From positions 29,494 to 93,493 of the forward strand of contig JAANOX010000221.1 in the NCBI GenBank assembly GCA_020184695.1: a DNA stretch of 64,000 bases. Reading direction: 5' to 3'. The DNA is from Histomonas meleagridis 2922-C6/04-290x (taxonomy: Eukaryota; Protista; Parabasalia). Position numbers and translations under genes: made by a program. Under the pieces are notes generated by a model. That model was not told the DNA's origin. It made no database searches and was given only the letters and a program-made list of their open reading frames with translations. This document shows, piece by piece, positions 32,310-42,669 of the stretch (position 1 is the first letter of the stretch; each line of letters starts with the position of its first letter).

Positions 32310-33188
32310 ATGCAAGAGGAAGAAGAGTTTATTGAAGAAATAACAAAACCTATTGAAGAGATCGATGAAACATTTAACGATAAAAATACACACGAAAAAA
32401 AGGTTCACAAGTCTTCTAAAACAATTGAGCCAAAAGTAAAAAATTTGTATATTCAACTTGGAAAAATTTTAAGAAGTTTTCAAGGTGGAAAGCTGCCAGC
32501 TGCTGTGAATGCTTTAGCCACTCAAAAAAATATTACGTATTGGCTTGATTTATTATATTTGACTCAACCATTTAAATGGACAATTAATGCATTAACTTCA
32601 GTTACTCTTACATTTCAACACTATGCTAGTGTTAAAAGGAACACAATATACAACGAACAAATTTTATTAGAGTATGTTTTAGATCGTCTTGAATCTCCAA
32701 GACCAATTCCCAAGACTATAATGGAACCAATAACAATAGCTGCTCGAACGCCACAGTCCTTTTTGGTTGGTTTCTTAATTCCTCTTTCTACAGAAACAAT
32801 TTGTCCATCTAAAACAGCCAAATTTATATCAACATTAATTGCTCAGATTAAGCTTCCAAACACCTACGCCAATGTTTTTATTGACCACCTCTGTAAATCA
32901 GATCGAAGCCAAGTTATCACATTGTTTTTGTCGCGTCTCATTTCACGAAGTTATGCGTTGACAATATCATCAATTGATGCAATATATGCATATTTCTTGT
33001 CGTACCAAGGCGATAGTGAGCAAATGCCGATGATATGGCACAACGCTATATTGGAGTTTGTACAAAAGTATGGGAAAAACCTTCTCGATGAACAAAAGGA
33101 AGGTTTAACGGAACTGGTAAAGACAAAGTCGAATCCGAAAATTACACCGCAAATAATAGAACTGTTGAGTCAACAAACAAATGAATAA
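32310..33188 (+). CDS. BYSL: Bystin/Enp1-like 40S ribosome biogenesis factor
   Basis: LGKILRSFQGGKLP...WLDLLYLTQPFKWT...GFLIPL...WHNAILEFVQKYG follows the bystin domain order. Confidence 0.85.
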   Translation: MQEEEEFIEEITKPIEEIDETFNDKNTHEKKVHKSSKTIEPKVKNLYIQLGKILRSFQGGKLPAAVNALATQKNITYWLDLLYLTQPFKWTINALTSVTLTFQHYASVKRNTIYNEQILLEYVLDRLESPRPIPKTIMEPITIAARTPQSFLVGFLIPLSTETICPSKTAKFISTLIAQIKLPNTYANVFIDHLCKSDRSQVITLFLSRLISRSYALTISSIDAIYAYFLSYQGDSEQMPMIWHNAILEFVQKYGKNLLDEQKEGLTELVKTKSNPKITPQIIELLSQQTNE

Positions 33189-34107
33189 AATTGTTAATGT
33201 TAATATATTTGTTCATGAAAATAAGCATTTCATTAATATCAGCATATTTCCTATATTTCCCAAAAATTGTGAATCACTAAATTTCCTTTTTCATAACTTA
33301 GAAAGTTATTTTGTTTTTTCTAGGATTTGAGATAAAATTACAGTTTAACGAAATCATAAAAAAAGTAAGTTAGAAAATGCTTCTATTTCTATGAGAATTA
33401 TAAATGTACTTGAGAATTAATATGTTTATTTGTTTCTCTAAGCTAAATCCTCATAATTTATCGAAAATTTCATTCGATCTCGTGCACAAAAGTTTAATGG
33501 TTTCCTGAATGTGATATGAAAAAAGTGGTATACAGCGAACGTCGGGAAATTTATCGATTCAAAATTTTTGTAACCGATTGAATTTTGAGACACTTTGTAC
33601 TCACTTTTTCGATATAAATGTCTCAAATAAAAAACGATAAAAGCTATCATTTTTTCCTATATGGAGCAATTCTTGGATATTAATATCCCGAAAACAATGT
33701 TTAACGAACCGCTCAAGGCACGCACATATCTTAAAACGCGATTTTATTATTCCAGTCGAGTCATGAATGAAATGATACATGTATCATCTAAATGATTACA
33801 TCGCAACAGCAACATCCTATGTTATCAAACACCTTAAGTTCATATCAAAGGATATGTATACATTGTCGTTAGGATTCAGACTGGAAAGCGATTTTGAACC
33901 ACACAAACATGACGATCAAATTTTTCAAATAACATTTCAGACACCGATAAAATAATAGTTACGTAAACATATCAAAACTTCCATCGGAAATTACTTGCCT
34001 ATCAATTCATAGAAATTTTTTTACAACCATTTTTGTGGGGATGTTAAAGGCTTTTGACAGTCAATTTTTTCACAACGTATGTCAATCAATTTCCATTTGC
34101 TGAAAAA

Positions 34108-34923
34108 ATGGCTGAAAATGCTCCTCAGAGAAATTACCAACCAAAGTTCTTTGAGCTGCTAAATTTGGAAAATCAGAAAGAATATATCAAACTCAGAGTG
34201 ACTTTGTCTTCTCAATTTTGCAGAAATCGCCGAGGAAAAAGGATCGAAACCTTTAGTGAAACCCTCATAACAGTTCAAAAATATTGTATTCGCCACAATG
34301 AAGACGATTGGAAACGATGTCTTGTTTGTGGTATTTGTTGGATCCAAAATGGAATTGCAATTAATACTCGTCAATTAGGTCTTCTTATTGACAAGTGCAA
34401 ATCTTCCATTAATGGATCATTCCAGAAAATGGGCTATACCACTCTTCAAAGTAGAGAAGAGTCTGCAGCTTATCTTGTTGAGGCTATTCCAAGTTTGCTC
34501 AATAACTACACAGAATTAAGAGAATGGACAGTTCGCATTTTTACTGCTGCCACTCCACAACCAGGTTTACCACCTTATTGTGTAAATACAATTTATCCAT
34601 TTGCATCACCAGCACCTCAAAGACACCAGTTTTTGGGCTACACTTGCTACCAACATCAAAACCCTCCTGCTTCTTCTTCAGCAGTACCTTTTGTTACCCC
34701 ACAGATTTTTCCAACCAACAAATTTGCGCCCACGCAAATTGAGGAACCATTGGTTGAAAACTCTGAGGAAATACAGTCGCCACCTGAGCCACAATGCGAT
34801 GATATATCCACCTTCCAAGATGATGTTTTTTGTTTAACACCATCATTTTTGATAGAAAATGATGATTTCACATTGAACAACAATGAGGGAAACATGTTCG
34901 AAGAAAATATTTTTGACGCTTAG
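34108..34923 (+). CDS. Initiator-binding-domain (IBP39-like) transcription factor
   Basis: RNRRGKRIETF...DDWKRCLVCGICW...IAINTRQL..LIDKCKSSINGSFQKMGY is the IBD signature, followed by a Pro-rich/acidic tail. Confidence 0.9.
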   Translation: MAENAPQRNYQPKFFELLNLENQKEYIKLRVTLSSQFCRNRRGKRIETFSETLITVQKYCIRHNEDDWKRCLVCGICWIQNGIAINTRQLGLLIDKCKSSINGSFQKMGYTTLQSREESAAYLVEAIPSLLNNYTELREWTVRIFTAATPQPGLPPYCVNTIYPFASPAPQRHQFLGYTCYQHQNPPASSSAVPFVTPQIFPTNKFAPTQIEEPLVENSEEIQSPPEPQCDDISTFQDDVFCLTPSFLIENDDFTLNNNEGNMFEENIFDA

Positions 34924-35447
34924 AGACAGAACAATAAAGTAAAGGTTGTTTCGCCATTTTTTTGGGCAAGTATGTTTCTGAACCGCTCCACTTTTTATAC
35001 AATTTTTTTTGACAATGAACGATCAGAGCGCGTTGAATCAAAGGGAAATATTACGCTTGTTATAAACAATTACTTTTGTTAACTCATTGAATTACCTGTT
35101 CATTTTTTTGACAAGCCGTTCTCATGATTCAATTGTTTAACGCCAATAATTTTTTGAATTGAAAACGTTGCATCTAAAATCGATAACATCGTCTACTTTT
35201 TCCAAAGGACGATAGTATATATGTCAAATTCAAACTATATAATCAAAAACTATGTCTGACAGAAATAAAATTATTCAAAAATATAATGACATTTTCTTTC
35301 GAAATGCGGTTGAGGAAAAATTGAATGCTTTTCTGAAGCAATTGAAAATGTCCCAACTATTTTGGGTTGAACTTTCGTTTAGCTGATGAAATGTCTTGTC
35401 CAAAACATAATTTGAATATCGCCCAACAAAAAAAAAAATTATTTTTT

Positions 35448-35837
35448 TTATTCATATTCTTTGATAAGATTTTTGATTTTTTCCAAATTTAATCCAACAA
35501 CACGATTTAACTCAACAACACCACCATTGCTATCTTCCTTTAAGAAGATAACATTTGGAAATGAACGAACTTTGAAGTATTGAGCAATATTATTATTTTG
35601 ATCTGCGTTAACTTTAATGAATTGAACTTTTTTATGATCTTTTGCAATCTTTGGAAGGAGCATTGCAAGTCTTTTACATGGTGCGCACCAAGCCGCATAA
35701 CAATCGATAACTACAAGTCCACCAGATTGTTTAACAAATGCGTGGAGCTCTTCAACTGTATGATCCGTTGATACCTCCATTAAATTTGAAGGATTGTTTG
35801 ATGAATTATTTGATGTTTTTGATCCCTGTCCTCCCAT
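35448..35837 (-). CDS. Thioredoxin with N-terminal MGxxxS extension
   Basis: VIDCYAAWCAPCK active site, FIKVNAD and cis-Pro motif RSFPNVIF. N-terminus is MGGQGSKTS. Confidence 0.92.
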   Translation of the reverse strand: MGGQGSKTSNNSSNNPSNLMEVSTDHTVEELHAFVKQSGGLVVIDCYAAWCAPCKRLAMLLPKIAKDHKKVQFIKVNADQNNNIAQYFKVRSFPNVIFLKEDSNGGVVELNRVVGLNLEKIKNLIKEYE

Positions 35838-36341
35838 CTGGGCACTTTAAAAATGAATGGCGGCTTTTCATCTAATTGTATGCGATTCAATTAAGTTGGC
35901 CGAATGAACTGATTGTGTAAAGTTAGGTGCACTTTTTGATCGGTTTTGATAGAATTATGTTCAAAAAGTGGAATCAACTGCTGATTTTTTTTCGTTAAAA
36001 TAACGGGATAACGATCTTTTTGCGTCATAACGATTGATAGCTTTGAATTTTTGAATGATAAATTTTCTTGTATTCTCAGTTCCCATAAACAAAAATCGAT
36101 AAATATATCTCGTGATAGCTCTAAGTTTTCTCAAATTTTTTAAAGCAAATGTTAAGTTGTTTAATTGTTAATATTATATTTTCAATTAAAGAAAAAAATT
36201 TTTATAAAATATGGGGATTTTTGGATTTTTTTTTTAAATGTTAGCGCTGATATCGTACGCATTTGCAATCTTTTCAAAAATTGACTTTTTACGGGTGAAG
36301 TAAATTGAGAAAGATGGAGGAAGTGGAAGTTTTTTGCTCGG

Positions 36342-38837
36342 ATGAGCAACCCGAGTGCCAATGAGGACGAGTTTTTAGATGAAATGGAAATCATGGTCAC
36401 TGAGAATCCCAAGCCAAAGAAGCCTGTGAAGAAAAAGAAAAGAAATTTCAGAAAATCATTTAAGAAAAAAATAGACCCATCAACTTATCTAGCTGATGAA
36501 GAAATGACATCTCTTAATATCCCACCATTTCTACAACATTCATATTTAAGTGGTATAGCCGATACAAAAATCACCAAATTTCGAGAATGGCAAAAATCCT
36601 TATTTGAAAGAGAAGAATGGAAAGAAGGCAAGAACACAATAATTTTAGTACCTACTTCTGGAGGCAAAACCGTAGCAGCAGATGTTGCAATAGCGCAAAC
36701 TTTATTTCAAGATCGTACAGCTAAGGCCATCTTAGCAGTACCATTTGTTGCCCTGGCCGAAGAAAAATTCAAAGAATATGTATCACGTTTTTTTCCATAT
36801 TTTGTTCGAGCATTTTACATGAACGTTGGAGGCTCCGATTTCCATCGTGGCCGTATTGCGATCTGTACGTATGAAAAAGCTCATTCCATATTGACATCAG
36901 CCATTAATGGAGGATATTCAAATCGCATCAAACTTGTCGTAATTGACGAAGTACACATGTTAGGCGATGAATTTCGAGGCGCAGTCATCGAGGCATTAAT
37001 TGTTAAATTACTTTTGATGAAAACCAAACCACGGATTATTGGTATGACTGCCACCATCAATCAAAGCGATGCATTTCGTCTAGCCGAATGGATCCATGGC
37101 TTTGCGTTTACGTATGAAAGTCGACCAGCTCCTATACGTCAATTTGTCATTCATCCGAATGGTAATTTATCGAAAATCGAATCGAATGTATTCAAGCCAT
37201 TTATCAAATTACGTGAAGTACCAGGCGATATAAATTATATCATTGATCCCATTCGAACATTATTATCACGTAATCCTTCATCCACAATTATTATATTTGT
37301 TAACACACGAAATGAAACCACAAAAGTTGCCAAGTTCATTGCATCCAAATTATATGACACTACGTTAAACTTACCAAAGTTATCACCACCGACAGAAGAA
37401 ATTACACATAAACGAAGTGAATTATTACAAAACTTATCTAAAGCTATTGGAGTCATTGATCCATTAATCACCACAATCATCATGAAAGGCATTGGTATTC
37501 ATCATGCAGGTTTATTATTAGAAGAACGACGCCTTATCGAAACAGGTGCACGAAACAAAACATTATCTATACTTGTAGCTACCACAACTTTAAGTGCAGG
37601 AATTAATATTCATTCAGTATCACGAGTTATTATATTAAATATATATCGATGGACACCTAAAGGTAATATATTAATCCCTACGACTATCTTTACACAAATG
37701 ATAGGACGAGCAGGACGTAATGATAAGTTAGGTGGCGATGCATATATTTGTTTACATTCTACATCTAAGAAAGAAGAAGAAGATTTATTGAAGTTAACGC
37801 GTAATAATATTGAAGATATTCAATCATATTTATTACAAGAAGGGAATCTTGAACGATATTTTTTACAATGTTTAAGTAGTAAATTAATTAATCCACAGAA
37901 AGGATTACTTACATTTATTAATCATTCATTATCTAAGAATTCATTAATTGAGAACAACTCTATTAAGAATTTAATTCATAAAGAATTAATTAATGAAAAT
38001 ACTATGGATGTCACCAAATTAGGATTATCTATAGCCGGCTCTGGGTTATCTATTGAAGAAGGGATTTCATTATTAAAAGTTATCACCAAAATACAAAAGA
38101 ATTTATGTTTAGAAGATGATTTACATTTATTATATTTATGTATATCGCCTAATTTAATTGATTTAATTAAAAGAGAATCATATGATAGTAATACATGGAT
38201 ATCAATCATAGAGAATCATAAAGAAGTTATCCATTTAATTACAAACAAAACTTATGAACAAATTAATCATATTCAAGACTTACCGAAGATATATGGTGGG
38301 TTAGGACGTATTAATAATGAATTAGATTATGAATTAGATTGTATATATATCGCATCGATAATGTTGGACTTGATTAATGAAATGAACATTAAAGAGATAA
38401 CGAAGAAATATGGTATCGATAGAGGTGTAATACAATCGTTACAAATGCAATGCGCAACTTATGCGGGACAAGTTACAAAGTTCTGCGAATTATATGGTTG
38501 CGTATTACTCGCAACAACATTAAATAGATTTAGACAAAGATTAAACTTCGCAGCAAGATCAGAGTTAATTAGTTTGATGATATTGCCGTCTTGTAACAAA
38601 GTGATCGCACGAATTCTATACGACAGCGGAATTAAGTCGCCAATAGAACTGAGCGACTTAAACGTGGACGCAATTAAAGTGATAATTAATGAGAACGGAA
38701 ATGAGTTGAATTCGGAGGAAATAGCAGAAGTCGCAAATAGTATACACGAGGAGGCTATGGAATACACAAAGAGCTTGAGCAGATTGGAACAGTTGGAGGA
38801 AAACGCAATGTACAAAAGTGTGGAAAATAATTCGTAG
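36342..38837 (+). CDS. HELQ: Ski2-like SF2 DNA helicase, HELQ/POLQ-helicase family (no polymerase domain)
   Basis: VPTSGGKT, VIDEVHML, GMTATI, GIGIHHAGL, ATTTLSAGIN, QMIGRAGR, and the C-terminal FRQRLNFAARSELISLM segment. Confidence 0.88.
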   Translation: MSNPSANEDEFLDEMEIMVTENPKPKKPVKKKKRNFRKSFKKKIDPSTYLADEEMTSLNIPPFLQHSYLSGIADTKITKFREWQKSLFEREEWKEGKNTIILVPTSGGKTVAADVAIAQTLFQDRTAKAILAVPFVALAEEKFKEYVSRFFPYFVRAFYMNVGGSDFHRGRIAICTYEKAHSILTSAINGGYSNRIKLVVIDEVHMLGDEFRGAVIEALIVKLLLMKTKPRIIGMTATINQSDAFRLAEWIHGFAFTYESRPAPIRQFVIHPNGNLSKIESNVFKPFIKLREVPGDINYIIDPIRTLLSRNPSSTIIIFVNTRNETTKVAKFIASKLYDTTLNLPKLSPPTEEITHKRSELLQNLSKAIGVIDPLITTIIMKGIGIHHAGLLLEERRLIETGARNKTLSILVATTTLSAGINIHSVSRVIILNIYRWTPKGNILIPTTIFTQMIGRAGRNDKLGGDAYICLHSTSKKEEEDLLKLTRNNIEDIQSYLLQEGNLERYFLQCLSSKLINPQKGLLTFINHSLSKNSLIENNSIKNLIHKELINENTMDVTKLGLSIAGSGLSIEEGISLLKVITKIQKNLCLEDDLHLLYLCISPNLIDLIKRESYDSNTWISIIENHKEVIHLITNKTYEQINHIQDLPKIYGGLGRINNELDYELDCIYIASIMLDLINEMNIKEITKKYGIDRGVIQSLQMQCATYAGQVTKFCELYGCVLLATTLNRFRQRLNFAARSELISLMILPSCNKVIARILYDSGIKSPIELSDLNVDAIKVIINENGNELNSEEIAEVANSIHEEAMEYTKSLSRLEQLEENAMYKSVENNS

Positions 38838-38908
38838 TGAATACGGAATTGTTTGTTAATAAATTTATTTTTGTGAAATATGAAATGTTTAAAGAAATAG
38901 CGAAAACG

Positions 38909-39328
38909 ATGAAATGGAAATGTGATAAAATATTTTATTTGAAGGATATCGTAATGAATGAAATGATATAATATAAATGAAATGGAAATGTGATAAAATA
39001 TTTTATTTGAAGGATATCGTAATGAATGAAATGATATAATATAAATGAAATGGAAATGTGATAAAATATTTTATTTGAAGGATATCGTAATGAATGAAAT
39101 GATATAATATAAATGAAATGGAAATGTGATAAAATATTTTATTTGAAGGATATCGTAATGAATGAAATGATATAATATAAATGAAATGGAAATGTGATAA
39201 AATATTTTATTTGAAGGATATCGTAATGAATGAAATGATATAATATAAATGAAATGGAAATGTGATAAAGTATTTGAAGGTTATCGTAATGAATGAAATG
39301 ATATCATATAAATGAAATGGAAATGTGA
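38909..39328 (+). repeat. 68-bp tandem array, about 6.3 copies
   Basis: Unit ATGAAATGGAAATGTGATAAAATATTTTATTTGAAGGATATCGTAATGAATGAAATGATATAATATAA starts at 38909, 38977, 39045, 39113 and 39181. A shortened variant starts at 39249 and a partial copy at 39312. Confidence 0.97.
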
Positions 39329-39712
39329 AAGGTCTTTAAATCGGATCCATTAGTTACAAGTGTGTTGACATTCACTTGAGTTAGATAAGTGATTTAATAG
39401 ATAATGTTTTTAAAGAGTTGGATGTATACCAAGTATTAACACACTTCAATTAGTTAAAACATATATGATAACAAGATGATATAATGACTAAATGCTAAAT
39501 AACAAAAATGCATTTTTGAATATAAATGAAATGACATACTGGATAAAGTGTAAACGAAATAGAAAAATAAATTCATGAAGGGTAACTAGAGTATGGTAAA
39601 TTATATAATTTAAAGTTAAGTAATAATAATATCACTTAAATAATCAGGATATTATGATAACTAACTATAAAGCTTTTATAAATCCTTCTGCTCGACCGTT
39701 AATTTATAAATG

Positions 39713-39825
39713 AATCAATATTACTAAAATTTTTTTCACAAAATTAATCAATATTTTTTCACAAAAAATTAATCAATATTTTTTCACAAAATTAATCAAT
39801 ATTACTAAAATTTTTTTCACAAATA
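39713..39825 (+). repeat. Short imperfect tandem repeat (AATTAATCAATATTTTTTCACAA-like)
   Basis: About 4 copies of an AATCAATATT...TTTTCACAAA unit. Confidence 0.75.
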
Positions 39826-40272
39826 TTATAAATCCTCAACTGAAATAATATGCAATAATGGGCACCACGAAAAATATAATAATAAGTTCACTATTTGTTA
39901 GATGACACAACACTCAAATTATATAAAAACAAGAAAACTGAAAAAATAAAACTATTGTGTCAAGAGGAAGATGTTCATGAAATTTTGTTTAACAGCAAGT
40001 GAGCATTTTAATTAGCATCTTATATATGGTGTCCATTCGAAATGATGGAAAGCTGTCCTTCATGGTATCGTAAATTTAAATTTTTAAAGATGTTTAATGT
40101 TTATTACATAAACTTAAAATTTTTAACCAAATTATAATCATAGACAAAACACCCTTTTATTTATACAAATTTGCAAAATACAAAAACAGTAATTTCAAAT
40201 TTTAAGCTTTCCCTTCTCATATTTGATATATCAAATTAAAAAAGTATATTTAAGTAAACAATCTACAATGAT

Positions 40273-40569
40273 TTATTTCCAAATTAAAACACCGAGGTTA
40301 CCGCCAAAATAAGCAAAAAGCATGTTTTTTGTATAAGTAACAAAATGTGAAAAATTTTCTCCAATAACAACATTCCAACTAGGGCCCATTTTATTATCCA
40401 TATCTACCTTAATTGCTTTTGAACAAACTTCAAGGTTTCCTTGTGCCCTATCAATTTCCATGCTTATAAGATCAAAAATTTCAGATTGCAAATCCTCGTC
40501 TAAATCTGTTTCAACAACGAGCGGATAATTAAAAGCCTTTCGCCATTCTGGAATTTGTTCTTCAGTCAT
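40273..40569 (-). CDS. DNAL4: Dynein light chain, LC8 family, DNAL4/LC10-like
   Basis: YPLVVETD...KAIKVDMDNKMGPSWNVVIGENF...YFGGNLGVLIWK. Confidence 0.85.
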   Translation of the reverse strand: MTEEQIPEWRKAFNYPLVVETDLDEDLQSEIFDLISMEIDRAQGNLEVCSKAIKVDMDNKMGPSWNVVIGENFSHFVTYTKNMLFAYFGGNLGVLIWK

Positions 40570-40983
40570 TTTGCAGCGTTTTCAACGCAAACGAAAAAAA
40601 AAAACGTTATTTTGCACTGTTTATAATTCAGGCAAGAAAAATCTAATTTGATACGTAAAAACCCACGCTCTTTTTGCCAAATCAATGAGAACGCATATTC
40701 ATGAAAGGCTAGAACACTGACAAATAAAATTAGTAATTAACATTTGATTTCAATAAAAAAAGCATTTAAAATATTGTTACAAAAGTAACTTACAAAAGCT
40801 AAGCCAGATTAAATGAGCTATCATTGCTTAAATATGTATTCGAACGAAATTTTTGGTTTGGTTTCATTTTTTCCCCTCAAATTCAAATATTGAATTTTGT
40901 CGAATTTACAAACATTTCTGGAAAGGAGGTTATGTTCTCAAAAAGTGATAAAGCTGATTTTAAAAGTCAAAGGAAAAAAAGAA

Positions 40984-41178
40984 ATGTCTGAGAGGCCATC
41001 AGCTCATCAAAAAGCAACGAACTGCTTCGCAGGAGCAATAGCAAAGCTAATGAAAGATGAAAAATACAAGGCAACAATTTCATATTTGGCTCAAATATCA
41101 CAATTAATTGTAAAAGTTGACTCCCAAGTACCAGGAGCTGCTGACACCTTGCGTAATGATGTAATAACTCTGGCATAG
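40984..41178 (+). CDS. Short hypothetical ORF, probably 3'-truncated by a consensus error
   Basis: MSERPSAHQKATNCFAGAIAKLMKDEKYK... has coding-like composition. The mirrored noisy copy appears longer across 41150-41360. Confidence 0.45.
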   Translation: MSERPSAHQKATNCFAGAIAKLMKDEKYKATISYLAQISQLIVKVDSQVPGAADTLRNDVITLA

Positions 41179-41268
41179 CTTGTAGATTTTGTTTTTGATA
41201 CCAATAATTGTTAAATATAATTTCAAATATCAAAGGAATTTATTCTTTTCGCTATTCTTTTCTTTAGG

Positions 41269-41712
41269 TTAACCAAAGCAAAAAGGCAAGAGTGATAAGT
41301 TTTTATTAAGTGATAATGAAAAATTTACGTAATTATTATGATTTGCGATTATGACATTAATCCATCCTATTTCTCCTCCATTTTGATGTGTTTCTATACA
41401 ATCAGATTCTTCTCTAGCTAGCTCTTCAAAAGTACAATTTCCTAGCTTTAAATCGTTTATCATGTTATCACATTTAATTTTTGCATCATTAGAACTTCGA
41501 ACGACAGTCCCATTGCCTTTCCATGTGTTTGTATCAATTGCGTCTTTATGTTTCACTAAAATGTGTGATATATAAATTAATGGTGGCCATGGTCCATCTT
41601 TAGAATGTTCATAAGGACAAATCCATGTACTTTGCCCAGTTTTTCTGTTATAGTAAAAAATTCTTCCTGGTTCGTCTTTTGATTCTCTTTTTTCCCATTC
41701 GCTTGCTTCCAT
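41269..41712 (-). CDS. PIN1: Pin1-like peptidyl-prolyl isomerase (WW plus parvulin), C-terminus garbled
   Basis: WEKRES...GRIFYYNRKTGQSTW (WW domain), SHILVKH, FEELAREESDC...GGEIGW. The terminal GxHII motif is not in frame. Confidence 0.85.
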   Translation of the reverse strand: MEASEWEKRESKDEPGRIFYYNRKTGQSTWICPYEHSKDGPWPPLIYISHILVKHKDAIDTNTWKGNGTVVRSSNDAKIKCDNMINDLKLGNCTFEELAREESDCIETHQNGGEIGWINVIIANHNNYVNFSLSLNKNLSLLPFCFG

Positions 41713-41742
41713 TTGTTTATTTTAACGTCTTTAAAAATCTGG

Positions 41743-42416
41743 ATGAGGAACAAAAAAAAGAAAATTACTTCAAATTCTCTTTTGTCAAACTCAGAAGATT
41801 TTGAACTACAGTATATGTTGGTAAATGATGGATTATCAAAATATTATAATTATATTTCAAAAAATTATTCAAGAATCCCGAAGTTCTCAAGTTCATCTGA
41901 AGCAAAAGCAGAACTACAAAAATTAATATTGCAAAATAAGAAAAATCACCAGGTAAATTCCATTGATTTCGCAAATAGATTGTTCAATATATCAAAACAA
42001 AATAGATTAATAAGTACAGAAGCAAAAACAATTTCTGACTTTCGTAGCAATTTAAATAGCACAAAAAGTAAAGAAGATGATGAGTATCATGCTGCTCTTT
42101 ATAATTTATCAAAATTAAAAGATGAGTATTTTAAACTTCAATTTCAATCTGAAAAACAAAAAAGAAAACAAGTGAAAGTTTTATTGATGTAAGTGATTCA
42201 GATGAATCATTTCAGGGGAAAAATCATAGTCATAATCAAAATGTTATTGGAACTCCAAAAATAAAATCATATAAAATCCCTTCAATAAAAAAGAAAACAT
42301 CTGAAAATAAAGGAGATAATATTATTGAAAACGCTTTAAAGGCTATTAATATGAAATTATTGGATGATAAGAAAATTATTGAAGATATTGAACATGAAAT
42401 CGAACATTTAAATTAA
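41743..42416 (+). CDS. Hypothetical coiled-coil protein, interrupted at about 42190
   Basis: The ORF runs to 42192. A second frame continues DVSDSDESF...IEHEIEHLN* to 42416. The mirrored copy has about 300 extra nt at this junction. Confidence 0.55.
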
Positions 42417-42669
42417 GTTTTGTTAATAAAAATGTTATATTATTCTTTCATATTATTTATTTTTTATAAATTTCTTTTCATATTTTAATTTGTGTTGCTG
42501 ATTTTTATGAAAATCTTATCGAAAAACAATATATATTATTTAATAAGAAAATGCAATAGTTTACAACATTACACGAAAGAAACAAAAGATTAAAAATTTA
42601 CATACACTTTAGCAAAGCTTGACTTACAGCAAAAAAATTAAATGAGCTCATTTGAGAAATTTTGATTTT

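Noticed and set aside
10534-38815. Numerous 60-120-aa antisense or alternate-frame ORFs inside the long genes
   Set aside because: Fully nested in well-supported CDSs, with no motifs; expected by chance.
38909-39328. CRISPR-like array
   Set aside because: Units are contiguous identical repeats without unique spacers; eukaryotic context, no cas genes.
42188-42200. GTAAGT as a 5' splice site explaining the frame break
   Set aside because: No trichomonad ACTAAC...AG 3' motif follows, and the mirrored arm shows missing sequence at this point instead.
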